From: Eledone cirrhosa | Taxonomy: Eukaryota | DNA: 64,000 nt | Direction: 5' to 3' | NCBI GenBank assembly: GCA_964016885.1 | Contig: OZ024740.1 | Span: forward strand, 189,472,001 to 189,536,000 | Shown here: piece by piece, positions 1-13,034 of the stretch | How the letters are laid out: each line of letters opens with the position of its first letter | Position numbering within the stretch: position 1 is the stretch's first letter | Notes under the pieces: generated by a model | Database searches by the model: none | Seen by the model: the letters and a program-made list of their open reading frames with translations, nothing else | Told to the model about the DNA's origin: nothing | Made by a program: the position numbers and the translations under genes

Positions 1-1535
1 GAAAGGTAAAAGTTAATTATATCCAAACCAGTACTCAGCTGGTAGTATATTTTATCAACATCAAATGAAATGCAAATTTGACTTCAGTGGAAATTGAACT
101 CAAGAATGCTAACAGAATAAATACTCCAAAGCATTTTGAATGACACGCAAACGATTCTACCAAATCAATCGCCCCTTTTTTCTGTCTCTCCACGTCTTCC
201 CTAATATTGATAGTAACACTGATTTTTGACAATGGTTCATAGCGAGAAATTGTGAGTGTTGTGTACAGATGATTCACTCAATCCATTTCATTGCTCTTAT
301 AGAAAGCCTTTTTGGGATGGCTGAACTTACTAGGAGTAACAGGTCGTCTTTCCTCGAATCATCTATCATTGTAAAATAGGAACCAGACACACGATATCCT
401 TTAAACAAAGGTAGTTGTATGGGCCAGGATGAATCTAATCATTGGTTTGCTTGACCAAAGCGGAATTGAAGATAAACAACAGCTGATACTTATTTAACCT
501 ATTCTAAAATATAAAGGACTAACTTGCATTCGGTGGGATTTGAAGCCAGAATGTAAAGAGGTGTAACAAAAGATTGCAGAACATTTTTGTTTGTCATTTG
601 AAATGAAACAAAATAATCAAAACATTGAATGTGTCTGAGTTTCACAGCGGACATTTCTTTCCCCTGTCAATATCTCTATGTGAGGTTACTTTAGTTTCTA
701 ATAGATTGGATGATAAACCAGTTCCTTAATTAATTTGTAAATTGTTAAGATAGGAAAGGAATAAAAATAGCATCATCTTAAGTTCTGTAGTTTTGTAACT
801 GCTAAATTATAAACAGGACACTGAAGTTAGATGAGAAATTGGTCTATTCATTATATTGGCTTTTTTACCGGTGAATGAATAAGAAAGCAACCGACTAGAT
901 ACATTTCTAGAATGAAGAATAGAGCAATAATGATTTCTAAATTAGGAAAAATGCCAAACATTTGTGAGGGTAATGGAATCTATTGAACCGATCTCAACTC
1001 TTGTTTGATACTTATAGTATCGATATTTATCGATAGTGGAAGAAAGTTGGAAATCGAAGTCAACATTGGCAAGATTTGAACGTAGAACATACGGGGATGT
1101 AAAAAAACAGCAGAATCGATGAAGTTAGTGATGTTCTATGTCGGTAAGAAGTAATGTAAATAATTAATAGAATGGAATAAAATACTACAAGTATATTACA
1201 ATTGTATTTATCACTCCACCCTCTAAGTGGTAATGATCATAACGATGTATTTTTAAGAAAAAACTAGTCACTTATGTAGATAAAGATGTTTGAATATGTC
1301 AAACGCTAAAAAACGAAAGTCAAATCGACTCTGTAGAGGTTTGAACTCAGAATGTAAAGGGAAGTAATTAGATACTGCAAGTTACTGCCTCATTCTATCT
1401 TCCGTGCCCTCAGCCTAAACAAACAAACAAAAAAACATTGATTTCTTACACTAGCATTGTTTCTTCCCTCCATCAATTAGAGCAACAGTAACTGACAAGC
1501 TGATGAACAAGTCGATATAGATGTCTTCAAATAAT

Positions 1536-1718
1536 TGTTTCTACTTTAGGCACAAGGCCAGCAATTACCCAGTACATTACTGGTACTTTACTTTTCGACC
1601 CGTAAGGATGAAAGGCAAAGTTAACCTCGGCAGGATTTGAACTCAGACTGTAAAGGGACGTAACTATGCTAGAAAGCATGGCGTCCAACTCTCTACCGAT
1701 ACTGCAAATTCATCGCCC
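1536..1718 (-). mobile_element. tRNA-derived SINE with 18-bp target site duplication
   Basis: Minus strand shows an A-box-like 5' region, B box GAGTTCAAATCC and a central GCCTTTCATCCTTACGGGTCGA segment. An exact direct repeat TAGATGTCTTCAAATAAT lies at 1518-1535 and 1719-1736. Same family at 19.1, 20.7 and 56.0 kb; decayed pieces at about 30-170, 480-570, 1000-1100 and 1310-1400. Confidence 0.85.
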
Positions 1719-3423
1719 TAGATGTCTTCAAATAATGATTAATGGCACTTGTTTTTATTTTCCTGGTATCGCAAGGCTGTGGAGTGGCGCCACAGTAAAT
1801 TTAAAGTAGTCACCTAACTGTCTGAATTCGAATTCTACCAGTCACCCTCATTTATTTTCTTTTTTGTCTAGGCTTGATACAAATATACGCCAGTTAGTAA
1901 GTCTTCTTGTCTAGAATGTGACACAGTTATTTGGAATGACACAAATCACAACAAATATGACTGCATTCACCATAAGTAGGAAATCAAATGAAGTTTGTGA
2001 TATCTCTGTTTTTCTCATCTGGATTGGTGACGTAAATAAGAGAAATTAAAATATCAAAATATTAGCAATTGCAAATTGCAACCCTATACCTACTGGCTTG
2101 TTGATTTCATATTTCGGTTCAAAGCATTAATGTTTAGAAAATCTTAATGGCATTGATGGATATTTATTCATTTGCCAGGCGCTCAGAAGTATATTAAAAA
2201 GTAGATTAATATTCTTTTATAATTGAAACCGTCTTATGTATTCGGTTCACCATAATATTTCTCTTACCTTATGGCAGTCTATTTCGAGCCAATAGGGAAT
2301 TCAGTGTCTCACCCGCTCTGTTTGAAATTTCCCTCAAACCATGCTTGTGAAAAGATGACACATTGGACTGACAAGATTGCACTAAATGTTTTTAAAAACG
2401 ATGGATTGATTACAGCAGAAATGCCTTTAATCGTTAGTCTAATTAATCAGGTTTGACTTGGAGTCAAACAACAACGCATGACTCCTCTATACGGTCGTTC
2501 ATTTGCTAGAAATAGTAAGCAAATCTTCACAACACACACTAAATTTTTAAAAATGAATTGATAATTTTACTCTTTTTAAATTCTTCTACTATGCTCTTAT
2601 AAATTGCTATAACTAATTCTTACTATAGTATTTATCTCTCAGTAATCGCAACTTTTTTTGTTTCAGATATATGTATTTATCAAAGTACTGGAATTATCTT
2701 CAGCCCAGTTGAAATAACGGGCATCTTTAAGAGAGAATAATGCCCTAACACTGAGGGCAGGTAATACGTTAGCTTGTATTATTGAGTTCAATGCTTAGTA
2801 TGAGTATTGATAGGAAAGTGATAAGCTTTGCCTGACTTGTAATAGAAATATCGCATTAAACTGAAGACTACATTCTGATAAAGAAATCAATCAGGTTCAA
2901 CACTATCCTTAATACCATCGAAGAAGACTGTAACTGGTGTTAATAAAATAAATAGGTGTCATATGACTGATATTCGTAACGACTACCACGTTCTCAAAAT
3001 TCTTAGAAATAATATGATATCAGAAATAAATTGGTAGAATGACAGAAACAATAGATACCAGTAATTTAATTTCCTTTATTCCCAAAGTTCAGATTGTCTA
3101 AAGGTCGACTATGTTCTTATCCTTTTGGTGTGGATAAAATATTTACCAGTCATGTTTTGGTATTGATTCAATAATCAAATATTTCTTTCTTTCTAACTCA
3201 TTTGTAGTCTTGTGCCAATGTGAGAAATCAATAATTTAGCAAAAATCCATTTGACACACATTTGACAAACAGCTTAACACAATTCAGCTCATGTATTTCG
3301 GTTTTAGAGTGAGGTCATAAGCCTAGGTATTACACATTTCTCTTATGCTTTCTACTATTTTCTGAAAGTCAAATGTCGTCTGAAGAAATATTTTTATTTC
3401 TTTCTCATTTCCTGTGATATTTC

Positions 3424-3541
3424 CTTCTTCTTCTTCTTCTTCTTCTTCTTCTTCTTCTTCTTCTTCTTCTTCTTCTTCTTCTTCTTCTTCTTCTTCTTCT
3501 TCTTCTTCTTCTTCTTCTTCTTCTCCTTCTTCTTCTTCTTT
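3424..3541. repeat. (CTT)n microsatellite
   Basis: Directly visible; explains the poly-S, poly-K and poly-R ORFs. Confidence 0.98.
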
Positions 3542-5149
3542 CTCTCGCCCCCCCCCCCCCTATATATATACATACACCCATATCTGTCTGTCTGTCTGTC
3601 TTTATATCTATACACCCCTTCACTCATCAGACTATCTATCTATTCTTTCCTTTTTTTATTCCACCACAGCCTTCCTCTTACTTCAACTATTTCTTCAAAC
3701 ATTAATTTTCATTTCATCCTTTTGCATATGCATCTCGGATTTCCTTCGAAAGCTATAATGATGTATACTCCTACTTTCAGTTCCCTACTTCCTTCTAATT
3801 TTTCCAACAGAACTTGATACTTTAAGTTGTTTCAAAAGCCATTCTAAGGTGATCCGGATTTTGATTATTCACAATAATTCAATATATTTTTAGTTACTTC
3901 TTTCTTCTCAAGTTTGATATTTCCGTACATATGAGTACCAGTCCTTTTGCAGATATAGTTTCTCAAGATTACACATTTCTTACTCTAGAGTAAGGAGATG
4001 CAAAACTGAAGAAAACTGAGAAATAATGAGTAAACATCTGGATTTTACAATACGTCATTAAATTAATATGTTATTCACAAAGAAAACAATTTTCATTATG
4101 CGCACATGGATTTTATATAAACGAAGAAAACTAATACAACGGGAAACGCGATACATGAGATGGACAACTCGTCAGCAAATGACTGTGAAGTTAAAAAGTC
4201 TTTTTGCTAATTACTTCGGTTTCGGATTCAATCCAACTGCGTAGATGTCTTCAAAAATATCTTCGACATAGCTTGGGGTTGATGAAAGGCATTATAATGA
4301 TATTTTATTGATGGAAACTGTCTGGGAGTCCACATTAAGAGAGTTATATGTATCCACTTAATAGTATTCATATATACATATATATAGAGACCACAGTGAC
4401 AATAGTATTCAAAGTGGGGTCGGACCAAGCTATTTTAGGGCTGGGTTTGCCGAAAATAAAAAAACAAAATTAGTTTCGCTCTAACACAGCGGACAAGTAA
4501 ACGCATTCGTGAGTATTATATCGAATAATAATAATAATCGATTCCTCACCAATAACAGTAATAATATTTCACTTTGTCACAACTAGAATAAAAGGATGAC
4601 GATGGTCATCTAAAATAGATAGAGTATGAAGCTGTATGGGGTTTAGGCTAATCAGCCGATGTATACTTTAGCGAATACTATATATTCTCAAGAGATCTAG
4701 TGTCTGACAGAGAAGAGAGTACGGAATCTTGACAAAGGGAAATAACCCAGAAACAACATTATTATCGGATGTATCTCTCTGCCACTGCTAGAACAAAAAC
4801 ATGAAATCAGTCATCTAAACACATAGCGTATGGGCTGTTTGCTTGTGAGTGTGTGTAGCGAAAATGTTCTTGGGAGGAAAACGCGTTCTATCTTGTACAA
4901 TAGAGATAATTTATTTCTATGAAACATACACTTATATATTGCACTACCTTAGGATTCAAGGTTTAACTATGTCAGTAACTGCAGATTGTACACGTGGGTG
5001 CAGAATGCATGAAACAGTGCAATAGCTAGGCCTATGTGATCAGGCTCTGATAAAATATTTGAATAAGATCACGAAAGAAATTCGCGTATTTCAACCCATT
5101 TTACAGGCGATTATATTGTGAGAACTCTATAAGACAGTTACTCATCATA

Positions 5150-5205
5150 CAGACACACACACACAGACACACACACACACACACACAGACACACACACAC
5201 ACACA

Positions 5206-5284
<79 letters not shown>

Positions 5285-5370
5285 GAAATAAACATACACA
5301 CACACATATATGTATATGTACATATTTATATATGCGTATATATATATATGTATATATATATATATGCATA

Positions 5371-5422
<52 letters not shown>

Positions 5423-5424
5423 TA

Positions 5425-5479
<55 letters not shown>
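5150..5479. repeat. Compound (CA)n/(TA)n microsatellite, representative of dozens of such tracts in the window
   Basis: Directly visible. Confidence 0.97.
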
Positions 5480-5482
<3 letters not shown>

Positions 5483-6090
5483 CGAGTAGGACCCCGACGG
5501 CTGAGCTAAAGCCGTTTTGACGGCTAATTCTGGACTAAATGTAAATTTTTATCCTGGTATATGAATAGCCGAGCTTCTCAGGGGGTAATTCCATATATGG
5601 TAAAAGTGATTGTCACAAGGATTGGTCAAACGTTTGTTGTTGAGACACATAATTCTATCATGGCAATTTGTGGAAGGAAGGGGTAGCTGAACCTGCCAGT
5701 AGAAGAAAGAGGGAGAGGGAGTGGAAGAAACCCAGTCGTGCGTTGATAGTGCCAACTACAGCAGAGCAGGAGATCAAGCAAGTATACTAGGGAGGGGGAG
5801 GGGAAGGAAGTCGAAACAATAAGTAAATCAATATGGAGTAAATATATAGAAGAATACTAAGAATGTTAAAAATATAAAAAAAACAATTTCTGATTACTAT
5901 TCCTTAACCACAGTCATCAAGTCTCTCACTGGTACTACTAAACTATAGAACAGTTTACTAGGTGGGACGGAATTGTAGTGAGACCATTTTAAGAGTTAGT
6001 AGTAATCAACCTAGTATATCTTACGGTAACAGGTCAATAATTGGGGGGCCAAAATACTAAAGAAACTACCACGAAATAATAATTCAGAGT
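5480..6090 (-). mobile_element. 3' UTR/terminus of a Naiad-like PLE
   Basis: 5480-5720 aligns by eye with 15330-15560, the 3' end of the PLE at 15.3-17.7 kb. Ends at a (TA)n tract. Confidence 0.7.
5491..5586 (-). ncRNA. Decayed type I hammerhead with long stem II
   Basis: Minus strand: ACCCC CTGAGAA..CGGCTA [about 37 nt] TAGCCG TC AAAA CGGC tttagctca GCCG TC GGGGT. Stems I-III pair, but the core is mutated. The homolog at 15342-15437 keeps GAAA. Confidence 0.55.
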
Positions 6091-6096
6091 CCCGCA

Positions 6097-7164
6097 CTAC
6101 TTTCTCATGTTCAAAAGACCGTCATCTCGGTACAAACCACCGCCCACACTGGGGAATTCTTCCTTGATAGAGAAAAGAAGGAAAAGGCCGATAAGATCAG
6201 TAACCTCCGCAGAATCGCTGGCGCCCATACTCACGTCGAATGGGGTACTATTAGATTTTTTAATCCAAATAGAGTCGTCGAAATTAATCACCGACTTACG
6301 GCATTGAGGATGACATCAACTTCGAAATCCTTAACCACTGTGACTGTTTTAGCAAAATTGATAGCTCTAAGAAGAAGTGGTAAAGTGATGGACGAGTAGT
6401 AATTATTGATATCGAATTGGATAAAACGACATTGTTCCTTGTTGAATATGCCGTTGAACCAATCAATCACCGCGAAAGAATTGTTTCACAGTGCAAGAGG
6501 GCCAAACTATTAATTTCAGGTATAATTCTATCTAAAGTCCTTTTACTAAGTCTACCTAAATCGGACTTCGTAGGGTTAATAAGCCGAATAAAGGGGTTGT
6601 TTCGGAAATTTGATTTGTGATCCTTCAGGGTAAAGTGGGGAGAAATAGGGTCTAGAGGTTCAGTCCGGTCCAGGATGTTGAGATCAGAGGTGATATTAAA
6701 CCCAGCATCGTTGATTTCATTAATGACGTCCGATTAGTTTTACGATAATCCTTAGTTACAGCATTATGTAGCAGTTGATCGTAAGTACTGCGCTCCACTT
6801 GATATATATTGCCAGTTTTGTCGGAATGGACGTGCACGGCATTAGAATCCTTAATAGAACAAATTCTATTCTTCAGTTCCTGCTGGAAGGAATTGCTCCT
6901 ATTCCGAAATTTGATACTCCGTATGAGTTCCAAGACATCCTTTTCGAATGGTAGCAATGCTGGCTTACTTAGAGGGTTATTATTGGTTTTAAACCCCAAT
7001 TTATCTTGTTTGTTGTCTGGTTTTCCCTGATTATCGAAATAAAAGGCACGCCAAAGCAACCTTTTAATGAACGCGTCTATGTTCTGTATCAGAAGTGTTA
7101 GGTATGTTTTCCTGCTTGGTACGGGTATGTTCTTTGTAGACCTATTCAGATGTTGTTTCTGCAT
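6097..7164 (-). pseudogene. Naiad-like PLE reverse transcriptase, N-terminal half, frameshifted and truncated
   Basis: ORF pieces 7164-6652, 6470-6288 and 6291-6097 carry the motifs SDKTGNIY, FIQFDINNYYSSI, FDVSMGASDSAEVTDLIG and GLYRDDGL. Confidence 0.9.
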
Positions 7165-7450
7165 GATGAATATAAGTCAATAGAGTGCTCAACCGAGGGA
7201 GCCAAATAGTAATAGTAATAAATTTGAAGACTAAAATCCAAAGAGGGTTCGATAAGTATAAATATATATCAGATATATAAGAACCGTAGAGCAAATATTT
7301 ATTAAAATAACAGACTAAAGTTTAAGCAAAGAATCGCTGCTTTCACCCTTAACTGGATCTTCTGAAACTGACAAAGTAAATATGTGAACGCAGAAGTAGA
7401 TATTTCAAAAAACGTTGCAACCGAAGGAAGACAGGAAGACGATACTTTGT
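7165..7450 (-). mobile_element. PLE pseudo-LTR upstream of the ORF, with hammerhead at 7319-7369
   Basis: Minus: AGTTT CAGAAGA TCC agttaa GGG T GAA AGCA gcgattctt TGCT T AAACT, then AATAAA and TTGAGCACTC just before the ATG at 7164. Inverted copy at 8360-8600 and another copy at 50226-50540. Confidence 0.75.
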
Positions 7451-7762
7451 TCGTATAGGTAAGTATATATTACATGTATGTTTTGTGAAGAACGTATACT
7501 TTCTCGTACGTATATTTGCTTGTATATGTTATTGGCGTATATATTATATATACTGGTACATGTGACTTTGGTTATGTGTATACGTGAGTTTTGCGCCTGC
7601 GTGAGTATGCGGGTTCGTACGTATGTAGGGTGTGTGTATATGTGTACTTTGTGTTTTGGTTGACGTAGGTCCGCGAACATATGTGTATTTATATGTAGGT
7701 GTGTGTGTACGTGTTATATACATATTTATGTGTGCATATTTATATACGTTTATTTAATTATG

Positions 7763-7816
<54 letters not shown>

Positions 7817-8049
7817 TATGTATATATGGTTTTATAAATATATTTTTATGTGTATTCGGTGTATACGTTCATATGTGTGCGTGTACAGGCGTTGCGTGGG
7901 TTCTGCATGTGCGTGTGTGCTTTTTTGTGTACGTGCTTGTATTTGCATACCCATGGCGAGTGTTTTCGCGTATGCTTGTGTACGTACGTATATGGATGCG
8001 TGTATGTATATATTTAATTCCAATTACCTCTGTTTTTTATTTACTTTAT

Positions 8050-8600
8050 TCTTAACTCTGAAGCCGAGAATCATTCGGTTTCCTAATTAGAATTTTAGTC
8101 TACGACTTCAGTTATACCATTTACGTGGTTTTGTCTTTGCGTGTAATTGTTCTCATTGGCCCACATAATGACGTATTATCTTCGTTTATTCCGTTCATTG
8201 CCAGAGAACGTCTCCATGAATCACCTAATAGAATATTAGTCTACGACTTCATTTATACCATAAACGTGGTTATGTGTTTGCGTGTAATTGTTTTCACCGC
8301 ACCAAAAAATGACGTTCCTTTTTTTTCGTTCTTTGCCAGGGAACGTTTCCACGAACCAAAATATCGTCTTCCTGTCTTTCTTCGCTGGCATCGTTTTTTG
8401 AAATATTTACTTCTGCGTTCACAGATTGAGTTTTTTAGTTTCAGAAGATCCCGTTAAGGGTGAAAGCAGCGATTCTTTGCTTAAAATTTAATCTGTTATT
8501 TTAATAAATATTTCCTCTACGGTTCTTATATATCTGATATATATCTGTTCTTATCGACCCCTCTTTGGATTTTAGTCTTCAAATTTATTATTATTACTAT
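8050..8600 (+). mobile_element. Inverted copy of the same pseudo-LTR, with hammerhead at 8437-8487 and an internal duplication of about 142 bp
   Basis: 8360-8598 is the reverse complement of 7206-7448. 8083-8225 is repeated at 8225-8360. Ends in (TA)n. Confidence 0.8.
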
Positions 8601-8609
8601 ATATATATA

Positions 8610-8735
8610 TAACACAGGAAGTGTGGTAAAGAACCAGATAAACCAAAACGCAACAGAGTACTCAATACTTAGTGTAGTAGTGTGGGTAATAGGAAACGGC
8701 TTGAGCTCTGCCGTCGGGGTCTTGAACATTTTCCT
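8610..8735. mobile_element. Miniature PLE terminus: inverted tail plus 3' half of a hammerhead
   Basis: GAAACGGC ttgagctct GCCGTC GGGGTC (stem III, GUC triplet, stem I strand) matches 5491-5520 and 15341-15370. Flanked by TA runs. Homolog at 51430-51563. Confidence 0.65.
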
Positions 8736-9829
8736 ATATATATATATAAAGGTGGGCGAAGAAAACGGCTAAACGGGCGGAACACAGGACAGTCTCCTTT
8801 AATCAGTCAACCGTTGGAGATATGTTGTTGCGGTGTTTTATGGCAGTCTAATAAAGAGACACAAGACGATTGGTCTTTCGACTATTTACAATTAAGGTAA
8901 CGTTGACCTCTGGAGATACATTGGCTCAGTGCTTTCATATTGGCACAAATGGCATCAGTGTATGTATTATAGCAGCTTAGGTATTAAGAGTGTTACGATC
9001 ATGATCGGCAGCCTACTCACCTGTTAAAATTAAGTTTTACCTGCATTTCAAAGGCCAGCGTTGTAACTCCCTGAGAACTAGATTAAGTGTTCATGTGTCA
9101 GACGAATGCCTTGCCATATATACGGTAATTTCATAAGCAGGCGGTTCTATTATTCGAACAATTGGTACACCTTTTGGAAAGAATGAGGTCTATCACGTAC
9201 ATATATTATGTATAGAATCACCCACACTAACATTAATATATATATATTTACACACACTAACATAAATTAATAGATATACTCTCGGCGTTCTAGGTAAATA
9301 TAGATTAAACTAGACTTATCGTCATGTGTTTAGTAAAAATGCATTAATTTCGATGTGAAAATTGCCTGCTGGAATTACACCATATGTTTTTTTTCTTTGT
9401 TGCTAGAGAAATAGTCATCAACCTACTTTCAAGTGTTTTCCAAAAAATTATGAAAGGTTTAATCAAAGCTGGTTTACTCATTTGCTTAACCACAGAAGGA
9501 AATACAGAATATTTTCAATACTCGTCCCTTACAAAACATCATCAATATACAAAACCTCATGTATATGTTGAACAGAATATACAATATACACAAAGAAAGT
9601 ATTATTCGACAAACAAATTAGTATTTATTATCGGGATCCGTGGTTGAGGCGTGTAGACATTCTAGACCTGAGTTTGCCAAGCTAGTCAATGAAATAAGCT
9701 TGCCTCGAGGACTTCTATGACATTGATGGATGATCATTAGGAACGGAAATTGATTTGCTTTAATTTGTATAGCAGTTCAGATTATAGTAACGCAAATTAA
9801 TTAAATAATTAATACAAACATTACATTGC

Positions 9830-10098
9830 ATGTTTGATGGATAGAAATATAAAACCAACTGGGAAGAAACCCAGAGTAGATCCAGTAAGATGGTTAAATA
9901 ATATCCATGAGCTGAACTGGTCTCACTTGGGATCCAACCGGGTTAGTTTGAGATGGTGGCTTCTGACAGGATCCGCTGAACCGAGTGTTTGGGGACTCTA
10001 TCCTCACGGCCCTGTCAGGGAGAAGTGAGCGAAGGAGAAGAAGAAGAAGAAGAAGAAGAAGAAGAAGAAGAAGAAGAAGAAGAAGAAGAAGAAGAAGA
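9830..10098 (+). mobile_element. Possible RTE-type LINE 3' end with (GAA)n tail
   Basis: The peptide GKKPRVDPVRWLNNI resembles the RTE C-terminal GxRxxGRPxxxW motif and is followed by (GAA)n at about 10036-10098. Confidence 0.35.
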
Positions 10099-10992
10099 TA
10101 GACTTGGGGTGTTTGATTTTAGTAAACTTGTTTATATATTCGCCGTATTAAGTTGATACTTATGGTGAAACATGTGGTTACTCATAGTTTCTTAGAGATG
10201 AGATTCTCACATTCTTGAACCCAGGAAATAGTAGCTTATAGTATTTATCTGTATCTACAAAATCGGATAAACTTCAATGGCTATGTTGGTTGACGTTAAA
10301 CTTGTTTGGGTAAGGTGGGTAAATTTATAACCACCTATTAATTTCCTCACCTTTCTCTTTCGTTCTATACCTATCCCTCTACTCATCCTAACCATTTTCG
10401 AGATTCTCGCTATAATTGTATAAAGTTAACAAATACACGTTTTTACTAGGGTACATCTAGGGTGCTCAGATAAATGTGTGTCAGTACAAGTGTGGTGTTT
10501 GTGTATATATGTGAATGTGTATATAGATTACGGTTTAATTATTATTGCGTTTGTAATCCAGAGACTTTCGATTTTATTTCTTTTTTCTCATCGATTTTAA
10601 AAACGAAATTATTTATACTTACCCGTGTGTCACTTCTTTACTTTCCTGTTTAAAATTATTTCTTCTAATCAGTTAATATAGAACATTAAAAACAATTCCA
10701 GCCAGATAACTTACAATTTCGCAAAACTTGTCAGCTCATTAAGCTATTATTCTGGGAATATAACGTGAAAGAATCAAAATAAACAAGCACTGTTTTGATA
10801 TATATAGAGAACGCACATTTTCCCTGTTACTTCTGCTATTCACACACACACACATACACACACACACATATGTATATATATATATATACATACACACATA
10901 TATATTCGTATATAGATGGCGGCTTATAGAAAGGAGTACTTAGTACCTAATTAGACTTTTAATATTCAATTTATTAAGGTTAAATAGAAAGC

Positions 10993-11040
10993 CTTATTAC
11001 TCTGCAGATTCGCCTGTTTATGAGAGGGTCATCAGACAAG
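10993..11040 (-). ncRNA. Type I hammerhead with GAAA changed to GAAT
   Basis: Minus: CTTGT CTGATGA C CCT..AGG C GAAT CT gcag AG TA ATAAG. Confidence 0.7.
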
Positions 11041-11047
11041 AACAATT

Positions 11048-11095
11048 CTTGTCTGTTGACCCTGTGATATACAGGTGAAACTGCAGAGTAAAAAG
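11048..11095 (+). ncRNA. Type I hammerhead with CTGATGA changed to CTGTTGA; inverted partner of 10993-11040
   Basis: CTTGT CTGTTGA C CCTGT gatat ACAGG T GAA ACT gcag AGT A AAAAG. Confidence 0.7.
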
Positions 11096-11164
11096 ACCCG
11101 CTATATAGATTTAATGCCTACACACACGTACAAAAAAACACAGACACAGACAAGACAGACAGAC

Positions 11165-11216
<52 letters not shown>

Positions 11217-11407
11217 GTGTGTGTGTCTGTGTGTATGTATGGGACCATACACACTGTTGGAGTCGTTGTGGTGCTGTAAGAACATTTTAAATCTAGAGAA
11301 TCCCATCCCTCTCCATGTCTAAATGCAGCAAATGTTTTCTAGAGAAGAAGAGAGATATATAGATAGAGAGAAAGAAAGAGATAGAAAGAGAGAGAGAGAG
11401 AGAGAGA

Positions 11408-11517
<110 letters not shown>

Positions 11518-11852
11518 GAGAGAGAGAACGATTACTCGTACAATCTTTATTGACATCGATAGAATGCAAAGTAAAGTTAATCTCGTTAGGACTCAGGGCA
11601 CAGCCAGCCAGAATTGATACTACCACTTCGTATAAGTAGCGCACCAAAGGGATAATTTATCTAAAGTATCACACACACACTTGATAAGACAGTAATAGAT
11701 GTTATATTGAACAATTACATAGAGTAAACAAAATATAGGAAAATATACTCCCCTATATGATTATTACACAGGAAAATTTAAAACATGGTCAATTAATTAA
11801 CTCCATATGGGGCAATACATATGCCTCACCCTGAGTATATATATATATATAT

Positions 11853-11986
<134 letters not shown>

Positions 11987-12204
11987 TAATGGGGAGCTAA
12001 CCTACCAGGGCTGTGCAGACCACATTTCAGTCTGTCGGCTGTGATGCAGATAAAATGAAGCGCTCCACTATCTGTATAAAAGGTACAAGCCGGAGCATTA
12101 TGTAGCATTAAAAAAGATTGGAGGCCAAGGGCCGGCTGGTGTGGGAAGAACAATAACACATTCTGCCATCCTCTGTATCACAAACATATATATATATATA
12201 TATA

Positions 12205-12960
12205 ACATAAAGGTAGAACACTAGAAGGTAATTAATATCAGTAGTAGAAGAGCACTCAGTCCATGGGACGAGTTTGGTAGGAGTAGTAACACAACAGTTA
12301 GCTCACCATACCGAGAACAATTGTTTCACCATATGCGGATCCTTACCTCGAACTGGTAATGGTTATACGGCACAGGAAAATGGGAAACGACCGTATGAAC
12401 GTGCATGCGCAGAAACAGTCACTTCATCAAAGCGATACAAAAGCACGGTCGAAAGGTGTCAGGGAGATAACTGCGAATGTCCGGAAAAAATTGTTCGAGT
12501 TGATTGGAATATTAGAATGTTGCTGTTATTCAATCCGGAGCTTTGTAATTATGCAAGAGGTGTTTCCAGACGTGTGGACAACGTGAGAAGATTTTATTTC
12601 TTGAATTTAGGCAATCGCTATTGCGCAATCTCCTTAGAACATTTATCCTTCAATACACAGTCCACAAGACGGATTACCTCTTACTTATGGCTTGGACTTA
12701 GTGATAGCTTTCCTTTGAATGGAGTAGTCTATACCTGAGTCTTTCAGGGACCATACGTGGCTCGCGAGCTTCGTGGATGATCGTTTGTCTGGGTAGCTAA
12801 AGGTCGATTGATAGTTCAGGAAGCGTTCCTTAAACCGGCCAAACGCCATACCCGAATAGGATTTGCCGTCCTGTGGTTGATTTGATCGGTTGAAAGTGAC
12901 CGCAGCTTCAAAGACTACAGCGGGTGTTTTGCATTGCTGTTGAAGGGGACGAGCTTATAA
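12205..12960 (-). mobile_element. Naiad-like PLE 3' fragment: GIY-YIG endonuclease relic plus 3' UTR
   Basis: Manual minus-strand translation gives CKTPAVVFEAAV..KSYSG..FKERFLNYQSTF..STKLASHVWSLKD..SCGLCIE..CLNSRNKIFSRCPH, with stops. HHR relic (TTGATGA..GAAACAATTGTT) at about 12310-12436. Flanked by (TA)n. Confidence 0.8.
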
Positions 12961-12974
12961 AATATATATGTATA

Positions 12975-13031
<57 letters not shown>

Positions 13032-13034
<3 letters not shown>

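Noticed and set aside
35-277. 80-aa ORF as a possible host exon
   Set aside because: It overlaps a decayed SINE (GAGTTCAATTTCC..GATAAAA..TACCAG on minus) and has no recognisable domain.
1536-1718. tRNA gene
   Set aside because: A/B boxes only, no cloverleaf, multi-copy and flanked by a TSD, so it is a SINE.
4228-4440. VRPHFEY resembles the CR1-type LINE motif VRPHLEY
   Set aside because: A single short motif with no readable continuation.
12274-12738. 154-aa plus-strand ORF
   Set aside because: Antisense to a PLE endonuclease relic and its UTR.
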